From Octopus sinensis (lineage: Eukaryota), in the NCBI RefSeq assembly GCF_006345805.1, contig NC_043019.1, positions 11,159,360 through 11,223,359 on the forward strand: a DNA stretch of 64,000 nucleotides, written 5' to 3'. Numbering within the stretch: position 1 is the stretch's first letter; each line of letters starts with the position of its first letter. The translations under genes and the position numbers were made by a program. This document shows, one piece after another, positions 1 through 11,950 of the stretch. Under the pieces are notes generated by a model that worked only from the letters and a program-made list of their open reading frames with translations, was not told the origin of the DNA and searched no databases.

Positions 1-285
1 GCCCCGGCAACAACCAAGACCACCACCACCACCACCACCACAACCACCACCACCACCACAACCACCACCACCACTACCACAACCACCACTACCACCACAA
101 CCACCACCACTACTACCACAACCACCACTACCACAACCACTACTACCAAAACCACCACTACCACCACAACCACTACCACCACCACTACCACCACAACCAC
201 CACCACCACCACCACCACAACCACCACCACCACCACCACCACCACCATCACCACCACCACAACCACCACCACCACCACCACCACC

Positions 286-331
<46 letters not shown>
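1..331. repeat. (ACC/ACT)n trinucleotide low-complexity tract
   Basis: Direct reading of accaccacc...actactact. Confidence 0.95.
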
Positions 332-332
<1 letters not shown>

Positions 333-429
333 ACATAATAAAAAAGAGATATTGCAATTCAATAATTGTTATTTATTGACTTGTAGCCCACAGAATATGT
401 TAACAATAACTTCAGCAGGAGTAATAATA

Positions 430-889
430 GTGAGGGTGGTAGTGGTGGTGGAGGTAGTGGTTGTGTCGATGGTTGTAGTGTTGCTGGTGTTGGTGTTGGT
501 GTTGGTGGTGGTGGTGGTGGTGGTTGTGGTGGTGGTGGTGGTGTTGAAGGTGGTGGTGGTGAAGGTAGTGATTGTACTGATGGTTGTGGTGTTGGTTGGT
601 GTTGGTGGTGGTGGTGGTGGTGGTGATGGTGGTGATGGGGGATGGTGTGAATGGTAATGGTGGTGGTGGTGATGGTGGTGGTGAGAATAGCAATTGTACG
701 AGTGGTGGTGGTGCTGGTGGTAATAGTTGTAGTGGTGACGATAGTGGTGATGGTGAGGATGGTGGTTAGTAGTGATGTCGTTCTTGTTGGTGGCAGTGGT
801 GGTGGGTGTGTTGGAGGTGGTGGTGGTGGTGGGAGTGATGGTGTCAGTTGTGGTGGTAGTGGTGGGAGTGATGGTGTCAGTTGTGTTGG

Positions 890-938
<49 letters not shown>
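430..938. repeat. (GGT)n/(GAT)n degenerate trinucleotide tract
   Basis: Direct reading; explains the poly-V/poly-T/poly-P ORFs here. Confidence 0.95.
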
Positions 939-939
<1 letters not shown>

Positions 940-1097
940 TGGTACAAAACTGTACCAGGTGCTGTTTTACTTTTCCCTTGGATAACATCAGTAGCACGGA
1001 GAGGGGAGGCCAGTATGCACAGGTGACTGTTGGTCTTCCATAAACACCTTTGCCCAGACTTGTGTCCGGGAGGGAAACTTTCTAGGTGCAAATGCTC

Positions 1098-1215
1098 AGG
1101 TTACCCAGAATGAAGACTACAAATTCCTGTGGGATGCAATGATCCAGTGTAACCATCGGATCGTCCTTGGATCCGTGACATCGTTATGGTGAACAAAAAA
1201 GAAAACACTTACACG
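1098..1215 (+). mobile_element. R4/Dong-like non-LTR retrotransposon fragment (restriction-like endonuclease region)
   Basis: Translates as NEDYKFLWDAMIQCNHRI...RDIVMVNKKEN, resembling the K-I/L-LWD...PD-I-V motif of REL-domain LINEs. Confidence 0.6.
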
Positions 1216-1431
1216 GTAATCAATAAGTCCTGGGGTCGATTTGCTCGACTAAAGGCGGTACTCCAGCATGGCCACAGTCAAATGACTGAGACAAGTAAAA
1301 GAGTAAAAGAGTAAAGAGTAGGGCTGTTGAAGCATAATCAGGAAACAAGTGTTACCTTAGTAAGCTGGCTGAGGGCAGCTGACACTTTTCATCATACCCA
1401 GCAAAACAAGCTGAATGTTTTCATCAATTAA

Positions 1432-1825
1432 TCTCTAAAAATATAAAGCTGAAGTTGTCTGTGTATGGCAGGTTTGGTAGCCTTTAACTAACACTATCTC
1501 CTCCGGGACCCTGCAGCACAAGTTGACCAAAATTGAGAGTATGATAGAAGAAGGCTTGCTCTTCCTTCTGTAGAAGAAAAAATTCAAATCCAACCATGTT
1601 AGCACCAAAAATTATTTACATCAAAAAGGTGCTTTTTTTTTCTATGAAAATCCCTATTTTTTACGATTTTTTTACTGCTGTGTTGCCATTTTTTGGTGTA
1701 TTTCAACCAGAAAAATGTTCACTTAAAGAGAATAACAAGCTACATAATGCAAAATTTTTACATTTCAAAAATTCCAATTCTAAAGGGTCGAAACAAACCC
1801 GAGCAACGCCGGGCAATACTGCTAG
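1432..1825 (+). mobile_element. Non-autonomous Helitron-like element, family H1
   Basis: A|TC start, subterminal hairpin cccgagcaacgccggg, CTAG|T end, no TSD; near-identical copies at 36171, 51135, 51487 and 61288. Confidence 0.8.
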
Positions 1826-2240
1826 TAATAATGATAATTGAGAGAGGTCAGTGCATCACATGACTCTGGCCCCTGTTGCATGACTCTGTACCCCAGTCAT
1901 TTGTTACATTAGAACTGGGTTCACCTAAATACACTAGCAAACATCTTTTTTGATTGGGTTCACATTTAAAAGACCCCAAAGCTTTGAGGTTTTCAATCAT
2001 CCTTCAGTTGTTCAGAGACACATTGTGTGGTGTTTATTCAAATTCTACATTCCAGACACTTCTAGTTTTTACCCCCTGCTCCCTTTCTATCCATATATTG
2101 ATTGGCTATTTATCTTCTTGTTCAAATAGCAATGTGAATAATCCATGGATATTTTTCCCTGGCAACCATGAAATTATTACAAGTTTATGCCTTTCCATCT
2201 AATATCCTGGAATATTTCTGACGAGACTGTTTTTTTCTCT

Positions 2241-2320
2241 CTAGTCATTCTTTATCTTTCCTGCCAGTCCTGCCAACTGCAAAAGTCTGTCTGTTTCTCT
2301 CTCAGTTTCCTGGAATCTTG
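2241..2320 (-). CDS. Candidate terminal coding exon of an unidentified gene
   Basis: Acceptor tttttggatttgtttag, then phase-1 xRFQETERETDRLLQLAGLAGKIKND*. No homology recognised and another frame is also open. Confidence 0.3.
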
Positions 2321-3521
2321 CTAAACAAATCCAAAAATTAAACACAAACAATGATACCAAAAATAAGGCTGGTAGGAATAAATTTATCAGAGAAATGTTG
2401 GATCATTCCCAACCATGAGATCTTGGATTTAGTCCCACTGCACAGACCCTTGGGTACGTGCCTTCTACTATAGCCCCAGGTTCACCAAAGCCATGTAAGT
2501 AGATTTGGTAGTCAGAAAAACTGAAAGAAGCCCATGATATAAATATGTATGTGTGTGTGTGTGTGCAACAGATGTTAAATGATGATGATGATGATGATAA
2601 TGATGATATATATATATATGTATGTAATATCGTTTTTCTGAATCTTCAGATTTTTCTATATGCTAGACCACTGGTTTTAAATTGATATTAATCGATACAA
2701 GGAAAATGATACAAGGAAAACGATACAAGGAAAACAAGGACGGATCATTCGGAGTTTTCTATCTTCAGTCGAGTTCCAGATTATCTTTGCAATTTTGGCT
2801 GGTTATGGTCTCTTACATATATATACACATACATGCATATAAATATAGCTATAGCTATATAAATGTGTGTAGTTATGCGTTTGTGTGTGAGAAAGAGATT
2901 ATGTGTGTGTGTGTGTGTGTGTGTTGTGCTTGACCCCCACTGCAACTTTATAACGAATATTGATTTATTTACACCCTTGTAACTTTGGTTTGGCAAAAGA
3001 GACCAATAGAATAAGCCCCAGACTTAAAAGTAAGTCCTGGGGTCAATTTGTTCAACTAAACCCTTCAGTGCGGTGCTCCAGCATGACCACAGTCTAATGA
3101 GTGAAACAAGTAAAAGAAATAAACAAAATAAAATCCTACTGGTTTCTGAATAGCAGACAAGGTCAAAGATTTGCCAGAGCCAAAAAATATTCTTGAAAAA
3201 TGTAAAAAAAAGAAGTCTTATATTTTGTATTACTGGGTTTGTAGGATGATGAAGTCTTCTCTGCCAATCAGATCATTTCATATCAGTCATGAGATTTCTA
3301 TAATCTTACCACAACTGGAGAACATTCTAAAGAAGTGGCAAAATAGATTTGATTGATTGTTTCAAATTGCTTGTTTCGTGGGATGAAATGTCAATGAATC
3401 AGTTGATTTCCTCTTAGTCACATGCCCATGTTTTCACTACGTCTCCCTCCCTCTCTCTCTCTCTTTCTCTTCCTCTCCCTCTCTTTCTCTCTCACTCACT
3501 CACTCTCATATTCTCTCTCCC

Positions 3522-3555
<34 letters not shown>

Positions 3556-3579
3556 CATCCATCCATCTATCTATCTATC

Positions 3580-3689
3580 TTTTTTTTTTTTTTTTTTTTT
3601 TTTTTTCTTTTAATACCTTCAAAAAAAAGCTCTACCTACCTTGTAATTTGTTCTATCTGTGTGCAGCCCTGTGTGGCTAATAAAGAAAC
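3580..3689 (+). mobile_element. 3' terminus of Tx1/L1-type LINE
   Basis: Matches 7070-7155 (gctctaccttgtaatttgttctatctgtgtgcagccctgtgtggctaata...gaaac); flanked by (TATC)n on both sides. Confidence 0.85.
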
Positions 3690-3773
3690 ATATCTATCTA
3701 TCATCAATCTATCAATCTATCAATCTATCTATCTATCTATCTATCAATCTATCTATCTATCTATCTACCTATC

Positions 3774-3840
<67 letters not shown>

Positions 3841-3850
3841 AATATATATA

Positions 3851-3883
<33 letters not shown>

Positions 3884-3910
3884 CTATCTATCTATCTATT
3901 CAATCTATCA

Positions 3911-3947
<37 letters not shown>

Positions 3948-3948
3948 C

Positions 3949-4012
<64 letters not shown>

Positions 4013-4043
4013 ATCTATCTATCTATCTATCTATCAATCAATC

Positions 4044-4085
<42 letters not shown>

Positions 4086-4086
4086 C

Positions 4087-4146
<60 letters not shown>

Positions 4147-4171
4147 ATCTATCTATCTATCTATCTATCTA
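3690..4171. repeat. (TATC)n tetranucleotide microsatellite
   Basis: Direct reading. Confidence 0.97.
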
Positions 4172-6953
4172 GCAAAGCACTAGCCATAGATAGAAATAGA
4201 GTAGAGGGTGAGCTAGTTAAGAAGCTAGAAGAGGCAATTAGAAGCGGCATCGCATCCGACGTTTTGGCGGCGAGGTTGGCCCTCGACCAACACTTCAACG
4301 CCAAACACGAAGGATGTGCTGTCAGAGCTAGGATGCGTGCTCTAAGGAACGAAGGTGTTGGAGCCGCGAGAGAGGCCCGGGTGGCAGAGGCGCAACAGGG
4401 CAACAAAGCCACCATCCATTCGGTCACTGGTAGATGAACAGGGGCGCGAATTGCTCGAGCCAAGTAAAATGTGTGAGGCCTTTCAGCACATTTGCCCGAC
4501 TGTTCGGAACGAGTGGAGGGCAAGAACGTAGGGTGGACTTCAGTGCCTACCTACATAGCCTACCACGACTCTCGACAAGAAAGGCAGGGTGCTGCGAAGG
4601 TGCCATCACGCGGCGGAAGTGCGGGAAGCGATGGCAGAATGCTCGAGGGACAAATCACCGGGTTTGGATGGTCTACCCTACGAGCTTTACAATTGTATGC
4701 CAGACTTGTTTGGAGATCTCTTGGCGGCGGTGTACTGCAACTGCAGCAAAAACGGAGCATTCCTGGTTTTGTGAGCCGAGGAGCCGTAACACTGCTGAAG
4801 AAAGATCTAAACAGGGAAATGTAATAGATAACTTTAGGCCCATCACTCTGCTTAATGCAGACTTGAAAATTTTGGCCAAGGTGCTAGCCAAGAGGTTTGG
4901 CGCTTGTCATCGAGAAACTGGTCGACAAGGCGCAAACATGCGCCGTGCCAGGCCGGACCATCCATGACAACCTCCATCTGATGCGCTACATCATAGACAG
5001 GGTAGTTAACGAACCTGGCATGGGTGGGGCCCTGATCAACTTGGATCAATCGAAAGCCTTTGATAGGGTAGACCATCGATACTTGGAGGGCAGTCCTGAG
5101 AGCGGCTGGTTTCGGTCCCCGTCTTCCGTGGCTGATAGCTGCCTTGTACAGAGGCATCCGTTCGGTAATTCGCGTAAATGGACATCTATCAAGACCTTTC
5201 GACATTGCAACGTTCGGTCCGTCAGGGATGCCCCTCTCGGCGCTTCTATAACTATTGACTCTTGAGCCACTACTGCGGAAGCTGGCGACTCTAAGGGGCA
5301 TCCCGCGAGAATTGGGATGCGGGACGAGCGTGTCTGCATACGCGGACGACGTCACCGTCATAGTGTCTAGCCACGAGCACATCGAGCTGGTCGGCGAGAC
5401 CTGAAAAACTACGAAGCGGTGACAGGAGCGAAAATCAACCGGAAAAGTCAGTGGGCTTGCGACTAGGCACCTGGAGAAGCAAGCCCATGCCGTCCACCAG
5501 CGCCTCCGTCGTGGGACGCTGGACCGACGGCCCGGTTGAGTTTGCTCGGTCTGGTTTGGGTCCGGACCTCCAAGTGGAGAGAACTGGAACGAGATAACGA
5601 GTAGGGTGGTCACTCTCGCCCGGCAGTGGGCCGAGAGGAAAACTGTCCTAAAAGGTCGAGCGGAGGTGGCGAACACTACATCGCGTCCGTCATCTACTAC
5701 TACTAACCGCCTGACCGTCGTACCTTGTCCCGACCCTACCATCACCAAACTACAACGCTCTCCTCTTTCGCTTCTTGTGGAAAGGATGCGTCCCGATGGT
5801 CAGGCGATCCATTTGCTGTCAAACACCCGTTAAAAGGAGGGCTGGGCATGCCGTGGTTGATGATGCGCAGACACGCGCTGAGACTGGCGACATCTATCTC
5901 TGGCTCTATTAGACGACGGTGAACAGGTGTGGTCGCCGTTTGTGAGGCAACGCTTTCCCGCAGCTCGTCTCCATGACCGAATTGCAGTCGTGGATCAAAG
6001 AGGCCGAGGAAGGGCGAATGGCACCGCGAGTGTCGCGTTGCTCTCAAGCAACTCTGCCGTCCTGGGTCGACCTTAAGTGACTTCAACACAACCCAAAGCA
6101 TTCTATAGGGGTTTAGTGGAGGAGGTACGACGACGAGCTCGGGGCGACCTTGACGTCGACGAGGAGTACCTGACCCGCCTGTTCGGGAACGACTTTCGGG
6201 CCAGGGCCCATGGACAAACTTCCAGAGATCCCTGGCCTGGCAGTGCTACCGAGAAGCGCTAACCCTACCCGTTCGGGATAAGCTCTCTACGACACGGCTC
6301 GAGAAACACGGGGCCGACCTGCCCGAGAGCATGCGGTCAGGAAGAGCACGAAACCGTTCTGCACGCACTCGTTCAGTGTCCAACAATTTCCGACCTGTGG
6401 GCTTATGTCGAACAACTGCTGTCACGTGTGGGACGAGTCGGTTTATCAGCTGAGTCTATCGTCAATATTGTCCGCCTCCTTCCTTCAAACGGGAAGGAAG
6501 AGCTATTTTCATCATCCTTGTGGCTATGGCGCAAGAATGTATCTGGTGGACGCGTCTGAAAGGATTGGAGACAAACACTTTCCTCTCTGGTCAATCTCTC
6601 ATCAACTTCTTCAAGTACCACTTGAAAAGGAAAGTGAGAGTAGAGAGGCAAGTTTTGTCTAGCGAATGTTTTAAAAAAAGATGGGTGAATGTAGCAAGAA
6701 TGGCACGTATGAATGACGAAGCCACCCTGAGCATAGTCCTATGAACCCAGAAATCGAAAACAGAGAGTTGCTTATATTTGCAAAAAAAAAAAAAAAAGAA
6801 ATATAAAATGTGACTTCATTGACCGAGGTTACCGTGGTCTTTTCCGTAGGCTTTTCTTTCCACGGGTAAACCTCCTGTCCTCCCCTTTACACTTCATATT
6901 GACATTTCTGTGATAACATCCCTATTGATCATTTTTTTTTCCTCTCCTCTCCC

Positions 6954-6985
<32 letters not shown>

Positions 6986-7155
6986 TTAACCCCCCCTTTT
7001 TTTGTCCTCTTTCTCTCCTTTTACGATCCCTTTGATCGATCGAAATCCTCCCCCCTTCCTTTTTTTTTTTTTTTTTTTTTAAACCTTCAAAAGAAAAGCT
7101 CTACCTTGTAATTTGTTCTATCTGTGTGCAGCCCTGTGTGGCTAATAACAGAAAC
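4172..7155 (+). mobile_element. 5'-truncated, frameshifted Tx1/L1-clade LINE (RT, C-terminal CCHC region, 3'UTR)
   Basis: DKSPGLDGLPYELY, NFRPITLLNADLKILAKVLAKR, LINLDQSKAFDRVDHRYL, YADDVTV, CPRACGQEEHETVLHALVQC; stop at 6744; pyrimidine-rich 3'UTR; several frameshifts. Confidence 0.92.
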
Positions 7156-7188
7156 ATATCTATCTATCTATCTATCTAACTATATATA

Positions 7189-7236
<48 letters not shown>

Positions 7237-7267
7237 AATCTATCAATCTATCTATCTATCTATCTAC

Positions 7268-7304
<37 letters not shown>

Positions 7305-7312
7305 AATCAATC

Positions 7313-7354
<42 letters not shown>

Positions 7355-7355
7355 C

Positions 7356-7424
<69 letters not shown>

Positions 7425-7429
7425 AATCA

Positions 7430-7478
<49 letters not shown>

Positions 7479-7490
7479 CTATCTATCTAC

Positions 7491-7578
<88 letters not shown>
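7156..7578. repeat. (TATC)n tetranucleotide microsatellite
   Basis: Direct reading. Confidence 0.97.
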
Positions 7579-7746
7579 GCAGTCTATATGCGCAGGCATG
7601 GCTGTATGGTAATAAGTTTGCTTCCCAGCCACATGGTTCCAGGTTCAGTCCCACTGCATGACACTTGGACAAGTATTTTCTACTATGGCCCTGGCTGGAC
7701 TAAAGCCTTATGAGTGGATTTCATAGACAGAAACTGAAAGAAGCCC

Positions 7747-7795
<49 letters not shown>

Positions 7796-8737
7796 CTTTG
7801 CTTCTCCCCCATGCCGGACAGAGGAGTTACACAGGAGAGCTAGGAAGAAGGGGAGATAATAAAGTAGTGGTGATCCCAAAATGAAGGTTCACATGCCTGT
7901 GCATGTGAGAGCATGTATATGTGTGTGTGTATGTGGAAGGGGGCTGGTGACATTGACGTGTGCGTGTGTGCATATGTAGGTGTTTGGATGATGGTGTAGG
8001 TGATGGGAAGTGGTCAGTGCTAGTGTGTGCAGGGTGGTGTGGTATGGTGGTGTGGTATGGTGGTGTGTGTGGTGTGGTGGTGTGGTGTGTGGTGGTGTGT
8101 GGTGTGATGTGATGGTGCTGGGATGTGCGGGAGGCGAGAGTGATGGAAGCAAGGCTGGGGGTGGGATGGGATGTATAGGAATGGTGGGGTAGGAATGCTT
8201 AGGGGTGGGTTAACAAGGTTGGGGTGATGATGAAGGGAGAAGGTGGGTAGGAGCGAAGAGAGGAAGTAGGTACCATAGCAAGAGAGGAGAGATAGGTAGG
8301 AGGAAGTAAGTGTGAGAGGAAAAGAGGGGAGAGGAGGAGGGTTAGAAGAAGAGGGGAGGAGAGTTGAGCCCATGTGGCACAAAGGAGCGAAGAGAGAAAT
8401 CAATTTCTCTCTCTCTGTCTATCCATCCATCTATTTATCTCCTTATCTACATCTGTCTCAGTGTTTGCCTGTCTGTCAATCTATCTATCTATCCATCTAT
8501 CTATAAATCTATCTATCTACCTATCTTTCTGTCTGTCTGTCTGTCTGTCTGTCACAGTCTTTCTATTTTAAGCTGTCATGAACACTACAGATTGTACAGA
8601 TGTAATTTTTAAAATCATCCGTCATTGATCTTCAACAGAATTGAGAAGGCTTTGATTATTAAAAGAGGGAATCGTTCTCTATTCAGTCTCTTGAATGGGC
8701 AGTGGACATATTGTATGGTGCCAGTAGAAAAAGTTAC

Positions 8738-8788
8738 CAAAATTCTCTCCATAAATAGGCAGCAGACATCATCAAAAGAACATGAAGA
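8738..8788 (-). CDS. Weak candidate internal exon (SSCSFDDVCCLFMERIL)
   Basis: ttctgaaaag acceptor, gtaact donor, phase 0-0, 51 nt in a unique island; competes with a + strand ORF at 8639-8801. Confidence 0.22.
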
Positions 8789-8809
8789 CTTTTCAGAATA
8801 AAGACCATT

Positions 8810-9345
8810 ACTGGTGGTGGTGGTGACGGTGGCGGCAGCGTCAGCGGCGGCGGTAGTGGTGGTGGTGGTGGTGGTGGTGATAATGGTTGTGGTGGTGATA
8901 GTGGTGGTGGTGGTGGTTGTGGTGGTGATGGTAGTGGTGGTGGTGATAGTGGTAGTGGTGGTGGTGGTGGTGGTGGTGGTTGTGGTGGTGGTGGTTGTGG
9001 TGGTGATGGTGGTGATGTTAGTGGTAGTAGTGGCAAATATAGGTGGTATTGGTGAAGTAGTAGTTGTGGTTGGGGGTAGTTGTGGTGGTTGGGGGTAGGG
9101 GTGGTGGTTGTGGTGGCAGTGGTTGTGGAGGTGTAGGTGGTGGTGGTGGTGGTTGTGGTGGTGATGGTAGTGGTGGTGGTGGTAATGGTGGTGATGTTGG
9201 TGGTAGCAGTGGCAAATATAGGTGGTATTGGTGAAGGTGGTAGTTGTGGTTGGGGGTAGTAGGGGTGGTGGTTGTGGTGGCAGTGGTTGTGGAGGTGTAG
9301 GTGGTGGTGGTGGTGGTGGTGGTGGTGGTGGTTGTGGCAGTGATG
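8810..9345. repeat. (GGT)n-rich tract with internal duplication
   Basis: Direct reading; the block gtggcaaatataggtggtattggtgaag occurs twice. Confidence 0.9.
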
Positions 9346-9439
9346 GCGGTAGTTGCAGTGGTGACGTTGCTAATGGTCCTCCTCCATTAGAAATAACATC
9401 AAACAGTTAGTGATGTGGGTCACTTTTGTCACTGTGAGT

Positions 9440-9747
9440 GCGCACGCGCATACACACACGTGTGTGTGTATGTGTGTGTGTGTGTGTATGTTTATATGTG
9501 TGTGTGTGCATGTGTGGATCGTTCCACTTCCCTTTTCAGACTGAACTATATTTCACTTCCACTATTCTCACTTACACACACACACACATGCATGCACGCA
9601 CACACACACATATGCACATGTGTGTGTGTGTGTGTGTGAGTGTACAGGGGTTGCTTGTTTACATGTTTGTATATATGTATATGTGTATGTGTATATGTGT
9701 GTATGCATGTGCATATATATGTATGTATATGTGTATATATATATATG

Positions 9748-9783
<36 letters not shown>

Positions 9784-9996
9784 GTATGTATGTATGCATA
9801 TATATATATGTACATACATGTGTGTGTACACTATATATACACACACATATGAAGATAGATCAATAAGTAGACTGATATTATATGTGTGTGCACGTATGTA
9901 TATATGTTTGTACATGTGTGTCTGAGTGTGTGGTGTTTTGCGTATATTACATACATATATATATAATAATATATATATATTATATATTATATATAT

Positions 9997-10034
<38 letters not shown>

Positions 10035-10200
10035 TATACATATTATATATACATATACATACATACATCCATATATATACATATACATATATGCATATAT
10101 GTATATGCATATATATATATACACACACACATAAACACACACACACATATGCATATACATACACACATATGTTTGTGCATTTGTGAATGTGTGTGTGTGA
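9440..10200. repeat. Compound (TG)/(CA)/(TA) microsatellite
   Basis: Direct reading. Confidence 0.95.
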
Positions 10201-10302
10201 ATGAATATGTAAATCATAGAATTGAATATCCCTAACACCACTTTATAAACACCAACTCTACACCCTCTACTTTATACACCAACTCAATATTCTCCAGCCA
10301 CC

Positions 10303-10337
<35 letters not shown>

Positions 10338-11098
10338 CACTAAACTCATGCATCACATCACATCACATCACACCTATATCTAACATAAATACACACCACT
10401 CACAAACTGGAAACTGAACATACTTGCGATGCAGCTTATAGCTTTAAAAAGCATTTTCCCTTCCTTTCTTTCTACCTCTCTTCTCCTATTTCTTTGTTTG
10501 TTTCTTTCTTTTTAATCATTGATAAAAACAGAGGCTTGGTCTGAATATTACAAAGGATTAAAATAGCCAAGAGAATAAAAGAGGAACTATAAATAAACTA
10601 CAACTAGAACTAGAACTACTGTGAGCTTCATGAAAGTAAGCCAACTTAATTATGAGTTACAAAGGGACGAGAGATTTTAAAAGGGATTAAAATATGCAGT
10701 GACAAGGAGATGGTATAATTAGTGGTGCTCACAAAGCCGTTTCTAAATAAGACACAAAATCACAAGTTTTGAGGGGAGGGGGTCTTGTGGTCCCGTGAAT
10801 GGCATCAGCTCTAGCACTCAACAGGGTATTTTTATTATTGACTTCTGTAGAGACAAAAGGCAAAGTTGACTTCAGCAAGGTTTGAATTTTGAATATAAAG
10901 AAAGAGTTAGAAGAAATACTACAAGACATTTGCACAAAAATACCTTGTGGTGTTGAGTTATAGTCCTTTAGATTCTAAGTTCAAATACTGTTCAGTTCCT
11001 CACAGTTATGTAGTGTGGATTTTGGCTGTCCTGTGCAGTAGAAAAATTGGCTACTCCTTTCCTTAAATGTAACACACTTTCCATTACAGGAAGCACAT

Positions 11099-11563
11099 AT
11101 GGGGAGGGTACTGAAAAGTTCTTGGCTTTAACGGTATTGTGAAAGGCGAGCTAGCTGGCAGAATCATTAGCACGCTGGGTGAAATGCGTAGCCGTATTTC
11201 ATCTGCTGTTACATTCTGAGTTCAAATTCTGCCGAGGTCGACTTTTCCTTTCATCCTTTCGGGCTTGATAAATTAAGTACCAGTTACACACTGGAGTCAA
11301 TGTAATTGACTTAATCCATGTGTCTGTCCTTGTTTGTCCCCTCTGTATTTAGCCCCTTGTGGGTAGTAAAGAAATAGGTATTGTGAAAGGCCTGGTTGAA
11401 GGCCCAACCGTCCGAGTCCTTTTACAGGGCTTAGAAAAACTGTTGGACTGTTGCAATAAGTGTGTGAATCTGAGAGGGGAACATGTTGGATAAAATCATA
11501 ATTAACTGATCCTCCTGTATTTTCTTTTACCCAAAGCCAGGAACTTTTCAGCACCACCTCATA
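11099..11563. mobile_element. Tc1/mariner-type MITE interrupted by a SINE
   Basis: Imperfect TIRs ggggagggtactgaaaagttcttggcttt / aaagccaggaacttttcagcaccacctc in a TA context; partial copy at about 52260-52352. Confidence 0.7.
11148..11376 (+). mobile_element. tRNA-derived SINE family A
   Basis: Head gagctggcagaa..ttagca, B-box gagttcaaattc, tail ccccttgtgggtagtaaagaaat; 15-bp TSD ggtattgtgaaaggc at 11133 and 11377. Confidence 0.85.
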
Positions 11564-11745
11564 TATGAAGTGGCCATCCTGTGCAGTGGCCACCCCTCCT
11601 CTCACAACCTATAAATCCTTCCTACCTCCCACACACTTTACATCAGTGATTCTACACAGACAATCCAAAAGTAAATAGGCCCCTCCCACTACCTGTTTAT
11701 AATGTTTGATCTGTGCAGACCTTACTCGTTATTATGATGGTTAAA

Positions 11746-11950
11746 AGGCGGCGAGCTGGCAGAAACGTTAGCACGCTGGGCGAAATGCTGAGCGGTATTT
11801 CGTCTGCCGTTACATTCTGAGTTCAAATTCCACCAAGGAGTTGATAAATAAAGTACCAGTTACGCACTGGGGTCGATGTAATCGACTTAATCCCTTTGTC
11901 TGTCTTTGTTTGTCCCCTCTATGTTTAGCCCCTTGTGGGCAATAAAGAAA
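11746..11950 (+). mobile_element. tRNA-derived SINE family A
   Basis: Same family; further copies at about 13328-13577(+), 16945-17180(-), 18575-18751(+), 24270-24415(-), 35722-35935(+), 61035-61255(+), 62213-62420(+). Confidence 0.85.

Noticed and set aside
3120-3400. Exon candidates on either strand
   Set aside because: Multiple short alternatives with a plausible donor (gtaaga) but no way to choose a frame; left uncalled.
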